The notes under the pieces: model-generated
Told to the model about the DNA's origin: nothing
What the model saw: the letters and a program-made list of their open reading frames with translations, nothing else
The model's database searches: none
Part shown: positions 1-10,514 of the stretch, in pieces
How positions within the stretch are numbered: position 1 is the stretch's first letter
Layout of the letters: the number at the start of each line of letters is the position of its first letter
Source of the DNA: Candidatus Velthaea sp.
GTDB lineage: Bacteria > Vulcanimicrobiota > Vulcanimicrobiia > Vulcanimicrobiales > Vulcanimicrobiaceae
DNA length: 26,754 nt
Direction of reading: 5' to 3'
Assembly: GCA_050012475.1 (NCBI GenBank)
Contig: JBEKHC010000073.1
Location: 1 to 26,754 of the forward strand
Translations under genes and position numbers: made by a program

Positions 1-434
<434 letters not shown>

Positions 435-740
435 TACTTTATGGAGCTTTCGATAAAGCTCTCAATATTCGCTGACTGGTCGGATCTGCTTACGCAAATC
501 CTAGTATGATTCAATTGCGAATTGAATCTCGCCGAACTCGCTTACATAGTCTCCTACATAAGGAAGCCCGACGCAGTCATAATCTTTGTACGCCGAACCG
601 TTTGCTCAATTCCGGTGGAGCCGGAGAATGAGCGCGTATTTCGGTTATTTTCTCATAACCTCAAAACCAACAAAAAAGCGGCTTTCGCCGCGCTTTCATC
701 TGCCTTGAGTCAGAGACCCACAGACTTATGCGCTACTGCA

Positions 741-760
741 CTGTTCAGTTTTCAAGGAAC
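741..760 (-). promoter_or_regulatory. rrn leader boxA-like antitermination element
   Basis: Minus strand reads GTTCCTTGAAAACTGAACAG, resembling the boxA region of Firmicutes-type rrn leaders. It lies between the candidate promoter and the 16S gene. Confidence 0.7.
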
Positions 761-837
761 GAACGCTTCCGCCGGGCCCTTCGTTGGCCGGATCGTTGAC
801 CGCACCGCGGGGGCGAGGCGTCCGAGTCACGAGAAGT

Positions 838-867
838 AGAATACCAAACACGGCAATACAAAGTCAA
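838..867 (-). promoter_or_regulatory. sigma70-type rRNA operon promoter
   Basis: Minus strand TTGACT (867-862), 18 nt spacer, TGn-extended TATTCT (843-838), about 400 nt upstream of the 16S 5' end and upstream of boxA. Confidence 0.75.
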
Positions 868-1016
868 GGCTTTGCCGGTCCGTTTCTCTTTCCACACGCT
901 ACAAGTGGATAAACCGTGAGTAACGTAGCCCAGCATAAAAAAGGCTCCCCGAGCGGCGAAAACCGCGGCTTTAACTGCAAAGCAGCGGTCGTCAGCTTTC
1001 AAGCTTCGCCGGCCAG

Positions 1017-1543
1017 CGGCTCGGCGCAAAGCGCCAAACGCCGCCGCGGCCTGCGGCGCGACCGCAAACACGACCACAGCTAACGCCACTGATTGGCCGA
1101 GCCAATGCTGCGGCTGGGGCTCGCTGAGCGCGCCTTGTCCGGCGCGCGGTCCGGCGCATAGCGCCGAACGCTGCCCAACTTGCGGCGGCAGCTGCAAACG
1201 CAAATTCGGCCCGGCGCGCAGCGCCGAACGCTACGGATTGGCGAAGCCAACCCTGCTGCTCAGGCTTGCTGACCTCGCCTTGGCCGACGCGCGGCCCGGC
1301 GCGTAGCGCCGAACGCTACCCCAACTTGCGGCTGCAGCTGCAGACGCCAACGCGGCCCGGGGCGCAGCGCCGAACGCTACCCCAACTTGCGGTGTTGCCG
1401 CAAACGCCATCGCGGCTAACGGCGCAGCCGGAAACCATCGCGGATCGGCGCGCAAGGCCAAACGCCCCGCGCGGCCCGGCACGCAGCGCCGGACGCTAAG
1501 GATTGGCGCAGGCGAGTCGCAGAGCTAGGGCTTGCTGACCGCG
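1017..1543. repeat. Mosaic (BIME/REP-like) array of GC-rich hairpin repeats
   Basis: Core CGGCCCGGCGCnnnGCGCCGAACGCTA starts near 1147, 1207, 1292, 1353 and 1472, with a degenerate copy near 1017. A ~145 bp tandem duplication covers 1091-1235 and 1236-1381. Confidence 0.85.
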
Positions 1544-3096
1544 ATCGCCTGCGATTGGACGAACAGCAGCAGGTAGTCGGCCCCGCCGGCTTTGGAATCG
1601 GTGCCCGACAGATTAAACCCGCCGAAGGGGTGGACACCGACCAAAGCGCCGGTGCACTTCCTATTGATGTAGAGGTTGCCAACGAAGAACTCTTCGCGCG
1701 CTTGGCGGATGCGCGCCGGATCGCTCGTATAGACGGCACCGGTAAGGCCGAATTCCGTGTCGTTCGCAATAGCCAGGGCCTGCTCGAAGTCGGCAGCCGG
1801 GATGACGGATAAAACCGGCCCAAAGATCTCCTCCTGGGCCAACCGCGCCCCTGGGGCGACATCGGCGAAGATCGTCGGCTCGAAGTAATAGCCGTCTTGC
1901 GCAAGGCGGTGGCCGCCGGCGACCAGCCGGCCCTCGGTGCGCCCGACTTCAAGATAGGCGCTAATCTTCGCGGCCGACCGCTCGTTGATGACGGGACCGA
2001 CGTCGGTGGTCGCCAGCGCCGGGTCGCCGACTGCGAGCGCCTTGGCTTTGGCGGCCAGCGTTGTCACCAAGCGATCGTAGACCCGGCGGTCGACGATCGC
2101 CCGCGAGCACGCCGAACATTTTTGGCCGCTGAAACCGAACGCCGACGCGATAACGCCATCCGCGGCGGCATCGAGGTCCGCATCGGCGGCGACGACGATC
2201 GCGTCCTTGCCGCCCAATTCTGCGATGACGCGCTTGATCCAGCGCTGGCCCGGACCGCTGTGCGCCGCCAGCTCGTTGATGCGCAAGCCGACGGCCTTCG
2301 AGCCCGTGAACGCGATGAAACGCGTGCGCGCGTCGGTCACGATCGCCTCGCCGACGCTCGGTCCGTCACCGGGCACGTAGTTGAGCACGCCCGCGGGAAC
2401 GCCCAGTTCGTGCATGAGATCGACAAACCACGCGGCCACGACCGCCGCGTCCGGCGACGGTTTGAGCACGACGGTATTGCCCGTCACGAGCGCCGCGCTG
2501 GTCATCCCGGCCATGATCGCGAGCGCGAAGTTCCAGGGTGGAATGATCGCCCCGACGCCCAAGGGCAGATATCGCAACTCGTTGGATTCGGGAAGCGGCG
2601 ACGGCGTAAGCGGCGACGGATTGGCCAGCGCGAGCGCCTCACGCGCGTAGTACTCGAGAAAGTCGATCGCCTCGGCCGTGTCGGCATCCGCCTCGACCCA
2701 CGTCTTGCCGACCTCGAGCACCATGAGGGCGTTGAATTCGTTTTTGCGCGACCGGATCGCGGCTGCGGCGCGAACCAGCAGTGCGGCGCGCTCGGCGAAG
2801 CTCGTCTTCGACCAGGCGGGAAAGGCCCGGGTTGCCGCATCGAGCGCGCGCGACGCATCCTCGAGCGTGGCCGCGACGACGTCGCCGATGATTTCCGCCG
2901 GGCGCGCGGGATTCACCGACGGCAGCGTTTGCGCGCCGTCGATCCGTTCGCCGTCGATGACGAGCGGGTAGCGCCGTCCGATCGTCGCGCGCACGGCAAC
3001 GAGCGCCGCTTCCATCGCTGCACGTTCGGCGGGATCGCGGAACGAACGGACCGGCTCGTTGCGAAACGGCGAAAGCGTGCTTGCGGTGGTGGGCAT
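1525..3096 (-). CDS. pruA: L-glutamate gamma-semialdehyde (P5C) dehydrogenase, RocA/PruA type
   Basis: 523 aa ALDH with FRNEP N-terminus, EADADTAEAIDFLEYYA, IPPWNF, FTGS, ELGGKD, SAFGFSGQKCSACSR, EEIFGP and NRKCTGALVGVHPFGGFNLSGTDSKAGG. Confidence 0.95.
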   Translation of the reverse strand: MPTTASTLSPFRNEPVRSFRDPAERAAMEAALVAVRATIGRRYPLVIDGERIDGAQTLPSVNPARPAEIIGDVVAATLEDASRALDAATRAFPAWSKTSFAERAALLVRAAAAIRSRKNEFNALMVLEVGKTWVEADADTAEAIDFLEYYAREALALANPSPLTPSPLPESNELRYLPLGVGAIIPPWNFALAIMAGMTSAALVTGNTVVLKPSPDAAVVAAWFVDLMHELGVPAGVLNYVPGDGPSVGEAIVTDARTRFIAFTGSKAVGLRINELAAHSGPGQRWIKRVIAELGGKDAIVVAADADLDAAADGVIASAFGFSGQKCSACSRAIVDRRVYDRLVTTLAAKAKALAVGDPALATTDVGPVINERSAAKISAYLEVGRTEGRLVAGGHRLAQDGYYFEPTIFADVAPGARLAQEEIFGPVLSVIPAADFEQALAIANDTEFGLTGAVYTSDPARIRQAREEFFVGNLYINRKCTGALVGVHPFGGFNLSGTDSKAGGADYLLLFVQSQAIAVSKP

Positions 3097-3223
3097 GCGG
3101 CAGCGCTTCGGGGCGGCCGGAAGGCTCTCATTTCGCCCGAATGCCCGTTGTCCGGCCGCAGTGCGCCGTCGGAGTCAACGAAGTCATAGCGGGCGCCGCC
3201 CCGGTAAGGAAGAATAACGACGT

Positions 3224-4447
3224 ATGATCTACGACATTGCGGTTGTCGGCGGCGGCATCGTGGGGTTGGCGACGTCACGCGAATTGCTCGAACGTTTCCC
3301 TCATTTGAAGCTCGCAAATGTCGAAAAAGAATCGGACTGGAATCGCCACCAAACCGGACGCAATAGCGGCGTCATTCATTCGGGCATCTACTACAAGCCC
3401 GGCTCGTTCAAAGCCAAGCTGTGCGTCGAAGGCCGCAAACTCGCTTGGGACTACTGCGAACGCAAGGGTATTCCGTACAAACAAGTCGGGAAGCTCATCG
3501 TCGCGACCGACGAGAACGAACTGCCGCTGCTGAGCGACCTGTGGTCGCGCGGTCAGGCCAACGGCGTCGAGGGCCTCGAGATGCTCGATGCGCGGGGCAT
3601 TCGCGAACGCGAACCGCATGCGCGCGGAATCAAGGCCATCTTCTCGCCCGTCACCGGAATCGTCGATTGGGGCCGCGTTGCGCGGTCGTACGCCGCCGAC
3701 GTGAAAGCCGACGGCGGCGACCTGTTTTTGAACCGCGAAGTGACCAAGATCGAACATCGGCCCGGACTGACCGTGCTGCATTCACCCGGCGGCGACATCC
3801 AGGCACGTGTCGTCATCACCTGCGCGGGACTGTACTCCGACAAACTGGCGAAGATGACCGGCGGCCCGAGCGATCCCAAGATCACGCCGTTTCGCGGCGA
3901 CTATCTCATCCTCAAGCCGGAAAAGAACTATCTCGTCAAAGGAAACATCTATCCGGTGCCCGATCCGAGCTTTCCGTTCTTGGGCGTCCACTTCACGCCG
4001 CGCATGGACGGCTCGGTGTGGCTGGGTCCCAACGCCGTGCCGGCCTTCGCCCGTGAGGGCTATTCATTCTTTACCGTCAACGTGCCCGAGATGTGGGATC
4101 TGTTCACGTATCCGGGCTTCATCAAAGTGTCGACGAAATATTGGAAGACGGGTGCGGGCGAGATGTTCCGCGACCTCGTGCGCTCGGCGTACGTCAAGGC
4201 GCTGCAGCGGTACATTCCCGAGCTCCAGCCGGCGGACTGTTTGGCCGGTCCGTCGGGCGTGCGCGCTCAGGCGATGACGGTTGACGGAACGCTGGTCGAT
4301 GATTTCGTCTTCGAGCATGTCGAAAACGTACTGCACGTTCGCAATGCGCCGTCGCCGGCAGCGACGTCGTCGCTGGCGATCGGAAAATACATCGTCGACG
4401 ATGCCGCGAAGCGGTTCGACTTCACGCGCAATGCGGTCTCCGCGTAG
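3224..4447 (+). CDS. lhgO: L-2-hydroxyglutarate oxidase (FAD-dependent)
   Basis: GGGIVG FAD motif, HQTGRNSGVIHSGIYYKPGS, IYPVPDPSFPFLGVHFT, GPNAV, SGVRAQA and HVRNAPSPAATSSLAIG. Confidence 0.9.
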   Translation: MIYDIAVVGGGIVGLATSRELLERFPHLKLANVEKESDWNRHQTGRNSGVIHSGIYYKPGSFKAKLCVEGRKLAWDYCERKGIPYKQVGKLIVATDENELPLLSDLWSRGQANGVEGLEMLDARGIREREPHARGIKAIFSPVTGIVDWGRVARSYAADVKADGGDLFLNREVTKIEHRPGLTVLHSPGGDIQARVVITCAGLYSDKLAKMTGGPSDPKITPFRGDYLILKPEKNYLVKGNIYPVPDPSFPFLGVHFTPRMDGSVWLGPNAVPAFAREGYSFFTVNVPEMWDLFTYPGFIKVSTKYWKTGAGEMFRDLVRSAYVKALQRYIPELQPADCLAGPSGVRAQAMTVDGTLVDDFVFEHVENVLHVRNAPSPAATSSLAIGKYIVDDAAKRFDFTRNAVSA

Positions 4448-5296
4448 ATGGCGGACAATCCGTTCGTCGACCTTGCCTGGCTCGTCGCTCGGCTGGCCGA
4501 ACCGCGGCTGCGCATCATCGATGCGCGCAACGTGCCCCACGGCGCAACGGTCGCCGGGCCCAGCGGACCCGAACAATATGCGTCGGGGCATATTCCCGGT
4601 GCAATCTACCTCGACTACGCCGAGGAACTCGCGGATCCCGCGACGCCGTATGCGACCCGCGTTGCGCCCGCCGACGTTTTCGCCCGCGTCGTCGGCGCGA
4701 AGGGCATCGGGGACGACTCGGTCGTCGTGGCCTACGATGCCGGCAACGTGCCGTTCGCCGCGCGCATCGTCTGGAATTTTCAATACTACGGTCACGGGGC
4801 GGCGTACATCCTCGCCGGCGGACTGCCCGCCTGGGTCGCGGCAGGTCGACCGCTGACGACGCAGACTCCGGACGTTACGCCGGCGACGTTTACGCCCGAC
4901 GTTCGGCCGAACATGCGCGCTACGCGCGACGAAGTGCTGGCCGTCGCCGAAGGCCGCTCGGCGGACGTGCTGCTGGAAACGCAACGGGACACGAGTTACG
5001 CGCAGCGCGATCGCGACCTAGCGCGAGCGATCCGCTTGTCGGGCTCGGCGCTGCTCGACGACGCGAACGGCGGCCGAATTGCCGATCCGCAAACGTTAGC
5101 CCGGCTGGTCTCCGAACGCGATCTCGACCGCACGCAGCGCACCATCGTTTCGTGCGGAAGCGGCGTCTCCGCCGCCGGTTCGTATTACGCGCTCAAGGCG
5201 GCGGGGTTCGCCGACGTCGCCGTGTACGACGGCTCATGGCTGGAATGGCAGCACGACGATCTCCCGACCGTTCCCAAACCCGCACGGCCGAGCTGA
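4448..5296 (+). CDS. Tandem-rhodanese sulfurtransferase (3-mercaptopyruvate/thiosulfate sulfurtransferase family)
   Basis: GHIPGA, active-site loop CGSGVSA and C-terminal VYDGSWLEW signature. Starts directly after the lhgO stop. Confidence 0.9.
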   Translation: MADNPFVDLAWLVARLAEPRLRIIDARNVPHGATVAGPSGPEQYASGHIPGAIYLDYAEELADPATPYATRVAPADVFARVVGAKGIGDDSVVVAYDAGNVPFAARIVWNFQYYGHGAAYILAGGLPAWVAAGRPLTTQTPDVTPATFTPDVRPNMRATRDEVLAVAEGRSADVLLETQRDTSYAQRDRDLARAIRLSGSALLDDANGGRIADPQTLARLVSERDLDRTQRTIVSCGSGVSAAGSYYALKAAGFADVAVYDGSWLEWQHDDLPTVPKPARPS

Positions 5297-5522
5297 CTGA
5301 AGCGCCGCCGGTGCCAGCCAGCTGGCCGGGCAGCGCTCCTATCGCTCCCGTGAAACGCCGCCGTGACCCACCGGACGCGGCCGCGTTTTGCCTGCCGTGG
5401 CAGAGCCGGAGTGCACTCGCCGCAACGAGCGCAGCCGTTCTCCGCTCGCCGCAAAGCGTCGCCGCTTGCAACGACGGCAGCGATCGAATGCCGGCCGCCC
5501 AGCGGGCAGCGCAATGACGGCG

Positions 5523-6164
5523 TTAGTTCGAGTAGCCGCGACCGCTGCCGACGGCCAGCTCCTTGCCGTCGAGCTGCTCGAGAAACGCTTCGTGCGTCAT
5601 CGGGCGCGAAAACATCGGGAAGTTTTTCTCGACCGCGAAGCGCTGTTCGTCTTCGCTGAGCGTTGCCGTGCAATCCGTGAGCGTGACGACGTCGTAGCCG
5701 CGTTCGTACGCCGAGCGCATCGTCGATTCCACACAGCAGTTGGTGAGAAAACCGCCCAGAACGATCGTGGTGATGCCGCGGCTGCGCAAAATGAAGTCGA
5801 GGTTCGTACTCGCAAACGCATCGAGCCCGCGCTTGCCTTCGATGACGATGTCGGTCGCCTGCGGCGCGAGATCGTCGACGATCTGCGCGCCCCACGAACC
5901 TTTGACGAATGAATTGCTGTCGACGACCCCTTTGAGAATCCCATACGGTTCGGAAGTGATCTCGCCGTAGCCGGCGGCGAATGCGATCGGCGAGTGAGCG
6001 ATGGTTGCGCCGAGTTCGCGCGCGCGCTGCACGGTCTGCTTCGTATTCTCGAGCATGCTCGTGCTGTCCATCACGGGTTTGACCGCGTCGTGCAGCGTCC
6101 CGCCCTTGGTCGTGAAGTCGTTTTGAAACTCGATCAATACGACGGCCGTCGTCTTTGGCTCCAT
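5523..6164 (-). CDS. Cysteine hydrolase (isochorismatase family), 213 aa
   Basis: TAVVLIEFQNDF, EGKRGLDAFASTNLDFILRS and GFLTNCCVESTMRSAYERGY. Start moved to ATG 6164 (GAGGG RBS) because the longer ORF overlaps the SDR gene. Confidence 0.88.
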   Translation of the reverse strand: MEPKTTAVVLIEFQNDFTTKGGTLHDAVKPVMDSTSMLENTKQTVQRARELGATIAHSPIAFAAGYGEITSEPYGILKGVVDSNSFVKGSWGAQIVDDLAPQATDIVIEGKRGLDAFASTNLDFILRSRGITTIVLGGFLTNCCVESTMRSAYERGYDVVTLTDCTATLSEDEQRFAVEKNFPMFSRPMTHEAFLEQLDGKELAVGSGRGYSN

Positions 6165-6280
6165 GCAATCCCTCGCTCTTCGGTCGGTCGGTAAGGTATC
6201 TCCGTATTCTGCCGGCGGCGGCGGGAACCTCGGACCGCCAAACGAACCAAGCGCTCGCAACGCATACGCTCGGGCGTGCG

Positions 6281-7036
6281 CTAACGCGGCGGCGCGATGC
6301 GCGGCGCCGGCATCCCGGTGCCCAAACCGCCGTCGACGCCTAGAACCTGTCCCGTCGTCCACGCCGACTCATCGCTCAAGAAGTACATGACGGCCGCCGC
6401 GATGTCGGCGGGCTCGCCGATGCGGCCCAGCGGATGCATCGCAACCGATGCCGCCAGCAGCGCGTCGCTCTGCCAAAGCTGCTGCGACAAGCCGGTTCTC
6501 GTCAGCGCCGGCGCTACGGCATTCACGCGAACGCCATAGCGCGCATAACTGATCGCGGCCGATCGCACGAGCCCTTCGACCGCCGACTTCGCGGCTGCGA
6601 TCGATTCGTGATGTTGCAGCCCCGTCGCCGTCGCAGCGCTCGAAAACAACACGACACTGCCGCGCTTGCGGCGCATCAGGCGTGGCAGCACATGCCGCAG
6701 GACGATGAACGCGCTCGTCGCGTTCGTCTCCAAGGTCGCGCGCCAATCGGCAAGCGACGTCGCGTGCAGCGGCTTGATGAAGACGCTGCCGACGGCATGA
6801 ACGACGGCGTCGATGGCGCCGACGTCCGTCTCCACGCGTTCAACGAGCGCGCCGAACCCCGCATCGTCGAGCACGTCAGCGGTATAGGCAGCGGCGCCGA
6901 TCCGGGCCGCGGTCGCGGCCAGCCGTTCGCCTTCACGCGCAACGAGCACGGGCCGGTCGCCGTTTGCCGCAATCCGGCGCGCGACCTCAGAACCGATGCC
7001 GCCCGACCCGCCGGGAATGAGGACGATTTTGTTCAT
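6281..7036 (-). CDS. SDR-family oxidoreductase (atypical active site)
   Basis: GGSGGIG Rossmann motif, RVNAVAP, HPLGRIGEPADIA and WTTGQVLGVDGG. Confidence 0.9.
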   Translation of the reverse strand: MNKIVLIPGGSGGIGSEVARRIAANGDRPVLVAREGERLAATAARIGAAAYTADVLDDAGFGALVERVETDVGAIDAVVHAVGSVFIKPLHATSLADWRATLETNATSAFIVLRHVLPRLMRRKRGSVVLFSSAATATGLQHHESIAAAKSAVEGLVRSAAISYARYGVRVNAVAPALTRTGLSQQLWQSDALLAASVAMHPLGRIGEPADIAAAVMYFLSDESAWTTGQVLGVDGGLGTGMPAPRIAPPR

Positions 7037-7083
7037 CCGCCATTAGACCGGCCCGCGCCCGAACGCGTTCGGGCCGGGACGCG

Positions 7084-7883
7084 CTACAGCGCCGCGCGCA
7101 AGCTCGCCACGTACGCGTAGGCGGCATCGGCCGCAGCGGCGCCCGTCAGGCCGTTGAACGCGTCGATGAGTCCGCTGCCGACAATGACGCCATCGGCCAG
7201 CGCGCCGACGCGGCGAACGTGGTCGGGCGTGGAGATGCCGAACCCGACCGCGACGGGTTTGGCCGCCGGCGTGCGCAGCCGTTCGACCGCGCCCGCGATC
7301 CAGGCCGTATCGGGCTCGCGCCGCGCGCCCGTGACGCCAAGGCGCGAAACGACGTACGTAAAGCCGTCGGTGCGCGCGGCGATCGCCGCCGCGCGGGCGG
7401 GCGGGGTCGTCGGCGCGACCAGCAGCGGAATGCCCAAGCCGTGCGCGCGAAACGCCGGGGCGAATTCGTCGATCTCTTCGAGCGGAACGTCGGGCACGAT
7501 GGCACCGAGCGCGCCCGCAGCCGCGGCAGCCGCCGCAAAACGTTCGGGGCCGTACTGCGAGATCGGGTTCACGTAGCTGAAAAAAATGATCGGCGCGGCA
7601 TGATTGTCGGCGGCCTCTTTGGCCAGCGCCAGCGTCGCATCGAGCGTCGCTCCCGCCGCGAGCGCCCGTTGCCCGGCCGCTGCGATCGTCGGTCCGTCGG
7701 CTAACGGATCGCCGTAGGGAATGCCCAGCTCGATCAGATCGGCGCCCGCCGCGCTCACCGCGTCGATGATGAGCGCGCTGGTCGCGAGATCCGGGTCGCC
7801 GGCCATCAGATACAGAATCAGCGCCGCGCGGCCCTGCGCGCGCGGTCCGTCGAAGATCGCCGCGATGCGGTCCGCGTTCGCGA

Positions 7884-7887
<4 letters not shown>
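7084..7887 (-). CDS. trpA: Tryptophan synthase alpha chain
   Basis: [40 protein letters not shown] and [11 protein letters not shown] 7887 overlaps the trpB stop (ATGA). Confidence 0.96.
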
Positions 7888-9069
<1,182 letters not shown>

Positions 9070-9083
<14 letters not shown>

Positions 9084-9714
9084 CAGCTTCCTTTACCGCG
9101 CGAACGAACGCGCGCATTTTTGCAACATCTTTGACGCCGCCGGTCTCGATACCCGAGCGCACGTCCACGCCGTACGGACGCAGTCGGCGGACGCATTCGC
9201 CGACGTTCTCGGGCGTCAATCCACCGCTGACGATAACGCGATGCCGGCGGGCGATGTCGCGCGCGAGTTCCCAATCGAACGTTCGTCCGGTCCCCCCGGC
9301 TTTACCGTCGACCGTCGTGTCGAACATCCAGGTGGCGCGCTCGTACCGGCCGGCCTGCCGCTCGAATTCGGCCGCGTCGAGCCGGGCGCCGTGTTCGGGG
9401 CTCAGATGAAAAACCTTGATGTACGGCCCGGCGGTCATGGCCTCGCAGTCGGACGCAGCTTCATCGCCATGGAACTGCGGCAGATACCCCGCGGCGAGCG
9501 CTTCACGCACGTGGGCGGCCGCCGGCCGCACGAACACCCCGACGAGCGCAGTCAACGCCGGCACAGCGCGCGCGATCTCCAGCGCCGCCGGCGCGCTCAC
9601 GCAACGCGGGCTGACCGGGGCAAAGATGACGCCGATCGCGTCGACGCCCAACCCGACCGCCGCCTCGGCATCGCCGGCGCTGGTGCATCCGCAAAATTTG
9701 ATCCGCGTCCGCAC
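9070..9714 (-). CDS. trpF: Phosphoribosylanthranilate isomerase
   Basis: [30 protein letters not shown] and [12 protein letters not shown] start. Confidence 0.95.
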
Positions 9715-9717
9715 CCG

Positions 9718-10512
9718 CTAAACTGGTACCGAAACGCCTTTGAGCGCGCGGACGGCGGCGAGTTTATCGTCGGCCCGCATCAGCGATTCGCCGACGAGGA
9801 AGCCGCGCGCGCCCGCGGCCGCCAGCGTGCGGGTGTCCTCTTGCGTGCGAACGCCGCTCTCGCTGATGACGATTGCGCCGGCGGGGACCAGCGGCAGCAG
9901 CTCTTCGGTCACCGCGAGATTCGTTTCGAACGTACGCAGATCGCGATTGTTGATGCCCAGCAGGTCGGCGCCTGCACTCAGGGCGCGGCGCAGTTCCGGT
10001 TCGTTGTGAACCTCGACGAGCACGTCGAGCGCATACTGCCGGGCTTCATCGATCATCTCGGCGATCTGCGCATCGGTCAGACCGGCGACGATCGCCAGCA
10101 CGGCATCGGCGCCGTAGGCCGCCGACTGGGCGACTTCGTAGCGCGTGCTCAAGAAATCTTTGCGCAGGATCGGCAAGGTCGCCGACTCGCGCGCGATGTC
10201 GAGATACGCGAGATCGCCCAAGAAGTGATCGGCCTCGGTGAGCACGCTGATCGCGTCGGCGCCGGCGGCATCGTAATCGCGCGCGATTTGCGCGGGATCC
10301 ATCGAGCGCACGATCAATCCCAGCGACGGCGAGGCACGCTTGATCTCGGCGATGATCGCCGGCCCGTTGGCCGCGGCCAACGACGCCTTGAACGGCCGGC
10401 GTTCGCTGGTGCGCTCGCGGGCGCGCGCGCGGATCTGGTCGATCGGCTCCCGCCGCTCGTCGGCTTCGCGCACCAGCAGTTTGGCGGCATAGAGCTTCTC
10501 GAGCATGTCCAT
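9718..10512 (-). CDS. trpC: Indole-3-glycerol phosphate synthase
   Basis: IIAEIKRASPS, ISVLTE, PILRKDF, LVEVH, GINNRDL, ISESG and FLVGESLM. Confidence 0.96.
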   Translation of the reverse strand: MDMLEKLYAAKLLVREADERREPIDQIRARARERTSERRPFKASLAAANGPAIIAEIKRASPSLGLIVRSMDPAQIARDYDAAGADAISVLTEADHFLGDLAYLDIARESATLPILRKDFLSTRYEVAQSAAYGADAVLAIVAGLTDAQIAEMIDEARQYALDVLVEVHNEPELRRALSAGADLLGINNRDLRTFETNLAVTEELLPLVPAGAIVISESGVRTQEDTRTLAAAGARGFLVGESLMRADDKLAAVRALKGVSVPV

Positions 10513-10514
10513 CG

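Noticed and set aside
1017..1524. CRISPR array or protein-coding ORFs (745-1203, 1231-1482, 1266-1499)
   Set aside because: The sequences between core repeats are themselves repeated. The ORFs are low-complexity translations of repeats, and one overlaps the rRNA promoter.
5297..5522. ncRNA in the convergent gap between the sulfurtransferase and the hydrolase
   Set aside because: Only short GC hairpins and 10-mer repeats (CTCGCCGCAA twice, CGGGCAGCGC twice), with no recognisable family or promoter.
7060..7071. Second LexA box (CGAACGCGTTCG)
   Set aside because: Only 2 nt separate GAAC and GTTC where 4 are required. It is better explained as a hairpin.
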